From Squalus acanthias (lineage: Eukaryota): 64,000 nucleotides of DNA. The position numbers were made by a program, and so were the translations under genes. The stretch lies in the NCBI GenBank assembly GCA_030390025.1, contig CM059431.1, forward strand, positions 157,172,001 to 157,236,000, in the 5' to 3' direction. Positions 59,548 to 64,000 of the stretch are shown piece by piece. The notes below the pieces were generated by a model. That model worked only from the letters and a program-made list of their open reading frames with translations. It was not told the DNA's origin and searched no databases. The stretch's first letter is position 1, and each line of letters opens with the position of its first letter.

Positions 59548-59890
59548 AAATGACTTGTTTATATAAGAGATGACTCTAGCTACACTATTTTAAAGTAATT
59601 GGAGTTTGCGAAAAATTGGGGGTGCATTGGTGATCCGAGGAAGTATTCCAGAAAGCATTTTTATCGTTAATAAGTCTTTTTTTTCAAAGGTAAAGCAGGG
59701 AACCAAGAGAGATTGAAATGCGGGCGCTAAAGAAGATATTCGACTCAACGTTACACACAGGGGAACGAAAGACTATCTTTTTGATCAATAAAATTAAGAA
59801 CGATAAAATAAAATAAATTCAATCTGTTGGCACTGTGGAGGCTGTTTAAAGTAATTAAGAAGTGGAGAGCGGAGTCGCACGGCAGCGGAG

Positions 59891-60730
59891 TTCCAGCCAG
59901 TGGCTCTGACGAATTGTCCAGAACAGAGAATCAAATAATCTGGGGCTCAAAGCAAGGGGAGAGGAGGGACAGGAATAATATAGAGCGGGTGTGAAGAAGA
60001 TTGTAGAGATAAGGTGGTCAAGGCCGTAGAGTAGGATAATTTCATCAATGATTTGAGATAACTAGTGAAAGTAGTTCATTGATGAAAGTGATTACGGATA
60101 AGTGGAAATGGGTTCATTTTTGAATTGAAGCTCTGGACAAACAGGAGTTTAGAACGGCTGTGCCCAAAGGTCGTTTGAAGAATCGAAAACTCACAAAAGC
60201 GTGGATAAAAACACTGCAATTATTCATATGGAATCATATATCCAGAAAATTAACATATCATGGTTCCGGACGGTGATCTGAAACTCCAGGTCAAAGTTAA
60301 TGCCTTGGAATCACCAGGTGCTTTTGAACAATTAGCGATAGTCATGGTTTTCACCTGTTTGCCTAAAAAGCTAATAAATAATGTACAAAGATTTAAAGAA
60401 TGCAACAGTTAATGCAAGCGCTTTCCTTCTTTCTTGGAAAACTTAATTGGGATATGGAAACAAAGAAATGGAAATACTGTGAATCTAAAGATAGTCACGA
60501 TCAATTTGATAGAAATCAATACAGCAAGAACACTCCATTGGGAAAATAGTTATTGATATCAAATTTAAATAATAACATAATCTCTAATACCATATCTGAA
60601 AAATGACAATATCTTGAAGGATTCATAATTGAATGTACCTGGTTCTAAAATGCAGTGGGATGGAAGTACAAAGGCCTAAGAGATACCACTATTAAATAAG
60701 GAATGGCACGGAATTTGTGGTCAGTGGCGA
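59891..60730. repeat. Intronic block duplicated at 62939-63800, with a third, split homolog at 12705-12872 plus 21621-21900
   Basis: GAATCACCAG(G/A)TGCT and ATAGTTATTGATATCAA occur in all three copies. TTCCAGCCAGTGG and GGACGGTGATCTGA occur in the two copy-B blocks, in the same order. Confidence 0.85.
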
Positions 60731-61659
60731 AGCAAAGTCGTTTGCGGCTAGGCCCAAAGTTAGTTTCAAACAAAGGTCTCGCAATCTCTGTGTGAAGAAT
60801 TTCAGGTTTTCTGAAGCGTAATTCAAATGATCGGAGAGTCATGGGAATGCCCTAGTGCAAGCTGCTGTGACGTCAACAGGCTTTCTAAGCTATCAATCAA
60901 AGCGCAGAATTCTCACAGGCAGCGAACAAGGAAGTGAGGAAGCTCTTAAACATCAACATTTTTTAAATGTTAACGCGAACAAAACAAACATTGAGGCTCT
61001 CACATGGAGAAAAGGCAATCCTGAAATAAGGATTTAAAAAACATTTAAGAAAAAGTTTCCTAAAAATATTAATTTTATTAAAATGAATAAAGTTTATCTC
61101 TGCTAAAAATTAAAATTAGTATTTCAGGCCCATAACTTTTGTTTCAAAGCCAATAGGCTGTTGAAACCCACTTACGCCCAATTCCTTGCAGTCTAACTTT
61201 TAGTGGGGAACTTAAGAGTGCAATTACTGTGAAGAGCCGACGATATCAGCAGTTTCCCTGATGTGAGAGATTTCCCTGATTGCCGGCTCTGGGGTTGGGG
61301 TGTGGAGGTTGGGCACACCACAGCCTATGCAGTTCTACTAAATTCAACGGAAGAGATGTAATCCCGGCCGTTTTTCGGCGAGGACATCATACAGGCGGTA
61401 TCGCAAACATCATCTATTATACGCTGCGCCCGAACAAACTTGAATTGAACTGAATATCGGGCGTGTGTTGTAACTGTCGGCAAATGCGATTTCACCTGTT
61501 TTGTGTCCCCGCCCACTGAGGATGTTATCCTCAAGGGCAGTAACTTAAAATAAGTTCATCGACATGAATAATTAATTTTGCTCCTCTCAAAGTAATCGCG
61601 ATCTTTTGCCATTAGATTTGGACATGACATACCTTCTAGAATATTTTCTGCCCCTGTAC

Positions 61660-61831
61660 CTGTGTTCTGTATCTCCAGCAATGTCGCTTTCAGCTTGGGT
61701 TTTGAATTCATCAGTTGAAGAATTATGTTCCAGAATATTCTTTCTGCCCGAGCTCCCTTTTCCAGCACGGTATCGAAAATGAGTTGGGAAACATCATTTC
61801 TGCGCTGACTTTCAGCAAGCGTTCTGATTTC
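61660..61831 (-). CDS. NLR copy B death-fold (CARD-like) exon, second half
   Basis: Acceptor TTTTTTTAG (phase 0), donor G|GTACAG (phase 1). Translates EIRTLAESQRRNDVSQLIFDTVLEKGARAERIFWNIILQLMNSKPKLKATLLEIQNT. The LxDxVxxKGxxAxxxFW pattern is CARD-like. Confidence 0.82.
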
Positions 61832-62510
61832 CTAAAAAAATAGATATTGCAAACATATTGAACAAAGTATTTTACAAAATCAGCTAAGAAACGTCTGTTT
61901 TCTTTCTCTCTCTCTTTATGAGAGGAATGAATAGAAAAGCTCGCAATCAGGTTTAATTATTGGAATAAAATAATTAAAGTTTTTTACGGAGCTAAAATTA
62001 CTCCTTCCTTTCTTAGAAGTATTTTAAAATTATAAATGAGTGAAAAATATATATTTTTTAAACTTATTTAAACTCTTATGCTGGGAAAAGCAGGCCTTAC
62101 GCCTGCTTTTCCCAGGTGTAAGATTTTTAAGTATTTTCAGCGGGCTGAGGTCCTGCAGGAAGCTGAATCTCCACCTGCAGAGGCCCCTTTCCAGGGCAGG
62201 CGTCCGATCTGTCAAGAGGCTTCTTATTATTTAATAAATTAATAACGGCAAGTTCTGTGTCCTTTGAGACGACATTAGCTGTAATCTAAGAGCACGTAAA
62301 AGGGTGGGCCGTGAGAAGGCTGTTATCATTCACCCCTTGTCTATCAAGTCCTCGCACCACCACACCTACGCCGCGAACATAAAGTCGCCAGAGAATACAA
62401 CCGTTAAACCAGCAAAGACAGGGCTTTCCAAACCGACTTGAACAATCTTCCACCAACATGTCTCAAATGTAGGAGGCCATTTAGACAATTCCAACATATA
62501 TGTAGCATAC

Positions 62511-62680
62511 CTTATGAATTGTTTCAGTAAACACGTTTGCATCTAAGAGCGATTGACTAACAGCTTCCACGAATTCTTCAATTGACGATTCTAGACTCTG
62601 ACGGTAGCACCCGATAATTCTTCCAAGCTGGATATCCGTGTAGCTCGCCAACATTAGGAACATTTTAATATCTGAATTTT
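62511..62680 (-). CDS. NLR copy B death-fold (CARD-like) exon, first half
   Basis: Acceptor TTTTATAG (phase 1), donor AAG|GTATGC (phase 0). Translates NSDIKMFLMLASYTDIQLGRIIGCYRQSLESSIEEFVEAVSQSLLDANVFTETIHK and is in phase with the next exon. Confidence 0.78.
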
Positions 62681-63800
62681 CTATAAAAGTGTAAATTTGA
62701 ACAGGTTAAAATACTATGTTTGCTTTGAAGCAATGAATAATCTGAACTAACTTTTAGAGTCGCAGCATTTCTTCAGAGTCTTTTAAACAGTGAGACGGCC
62801 AATGGCGCCTCACATAGAAGGAAATTAGAGATAAAGCTGCCTCTTTTTCGTAGAGTTAAGTGAAACGACCTAGATCTTGCAACATGTGGATGTTGTTTAA
62901 AGTAAGTAGGAAGTAAAGAGTGGAGGCCCATTGCAAGATTCCAGCCAGTGGTGCTGACGACTTTGTTGGAGTCCGGAGCAGCGGAACCAATAATCTGGGG
63001 AACATAGGAAAGGGAGTGAATGGACAAGAAATAAAAGTGGGTTTCTGAAGAAGACTGTAGAGTTAAGACGCTCGAGACCGTAAATGGAATTGTAGATGAG
63101 GACGATTGTTTCACAAATTGTCTGGGATTGCAAGTGAATGTAGGTCACTGACGAAGGGGATTATGGATAAGTGGAAATGAGGGTGAACTGATGAACTGAA
63201 ACAGTGGAGATCTGGAGTTTCTATCTGGCAGTGCACAAAGGTAGTTTAAGGAATCGAGTCTAAAACTCATAAAATCGTACATAAAGCACGAGCAAATATT
63301 CATATGTTATAGATCCAGAAAATTAACATATGATGGTTGCGGACGGTGATCTGAGAATCCAGTTCGAAATTTATTGCTCGAATCACCAGATGCTGCTGAG
63401 CAATTAGAAATAGTTTTTGACTCTCGCTTGATTGCATAAAGACCTAATAAATAATGTACAGATATTTAAAGAAAGCAACAGTAAATGCATGCTTAATCCT
63501 TCCTTCCTGGGAAAAGTAAACTGGGATACGGAACGGAGAAATTGAAATACTGTGAATCTACAGGTACTCAGAATAAATTTGATAGATATCAATACAGCAA
63601 TTACAAGAACACACCATTTGGAAAATAGTTATTGATATCAAGTTAAAATAATAACAGAATCTCTAATACCACATCTGAAACATGGCAATAGCTGGTAGGA
63701 TTCATAATTGAATGTATCTGTTTCTAAAGTGCACTGCGATGGAAGTTAAAGGACTGAGAGATACCACAATTAAATTAAGAATGTCATGGTTTTGCGGTCA

Positions 63801-64000
63801 GCAGTGGCTGCGGAGGTGAGCGGCACGCGAGCTGGGAGCGAGAGAGAGATACAACGAACCGGTGAATATAAAGAGGTAAAAATTAATCGAAATTTGACGT
63901 CGCCAGAAAGCAGGTAATTGATTGTATAGTGAGTATTTCTCTATTTCTCGCTTTTTAGAAAATTCAGCTTCTAAATTTAAGTGCCTTGATGTAGATTAAA
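63801..64000 (+). mobile_element. 5'UTR of another CR1 LINE that runs off the window end
   Basis: GAGGTAAAAATTAATCGAAATTTGACGTCGCCAGAAAGCAGGTAA...GTGAGTATTT matches the reverse complement of the E1 and E2 5'UTRs (27541-27600, 35325-35375). Confidence 0.7.

Noticed and set aside
60850..61535. CpG-containing segments resembling non-autonomous DNA transposons (also 2615-2720 and 62030-62235)
   Set aside because: I could not define terminal inverted repeats or TSDs, so no feature was called.

Overview
Vertebrate genomic DNA, most likely a cartilaginous fish (inferred from the repeat repertoire and NLR style). The backbone is a tandem segmental duplication with a period of about 44 kb, carrying two minus-strand NLR-family genes. 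Copy B (50006-62680) can be spliced by hand through GT-AG, phase-compatible exons into an open frame of about 800 aa: CARD-like death fold, FISNA-like region, NACHT and about 6 LRRs. Its Walker B motif is non-canonical. Copy A (5957-10039) is a pseudogene with stops, frameshifts and a dead splice acceptor. Most of the remaining sequence is retroelements: many CR1-clade LINEs (a three-deep nested stack creating a chimeric 1029-aa ORF, and three near-full-length copies with shuffled 5'UTR/ORF1/ORF2 modules and tandem 5'UTR monomers), L2/CR1-group fragments, Penelope-like remnants with two minimal hammerhead ribozyme motifs, a 1243-bp solo LTR, SINE fragments and minisatellites. Repeat boundaries are approximate unless a target-site duplication (TSD) is quoted. 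No database searches were run.
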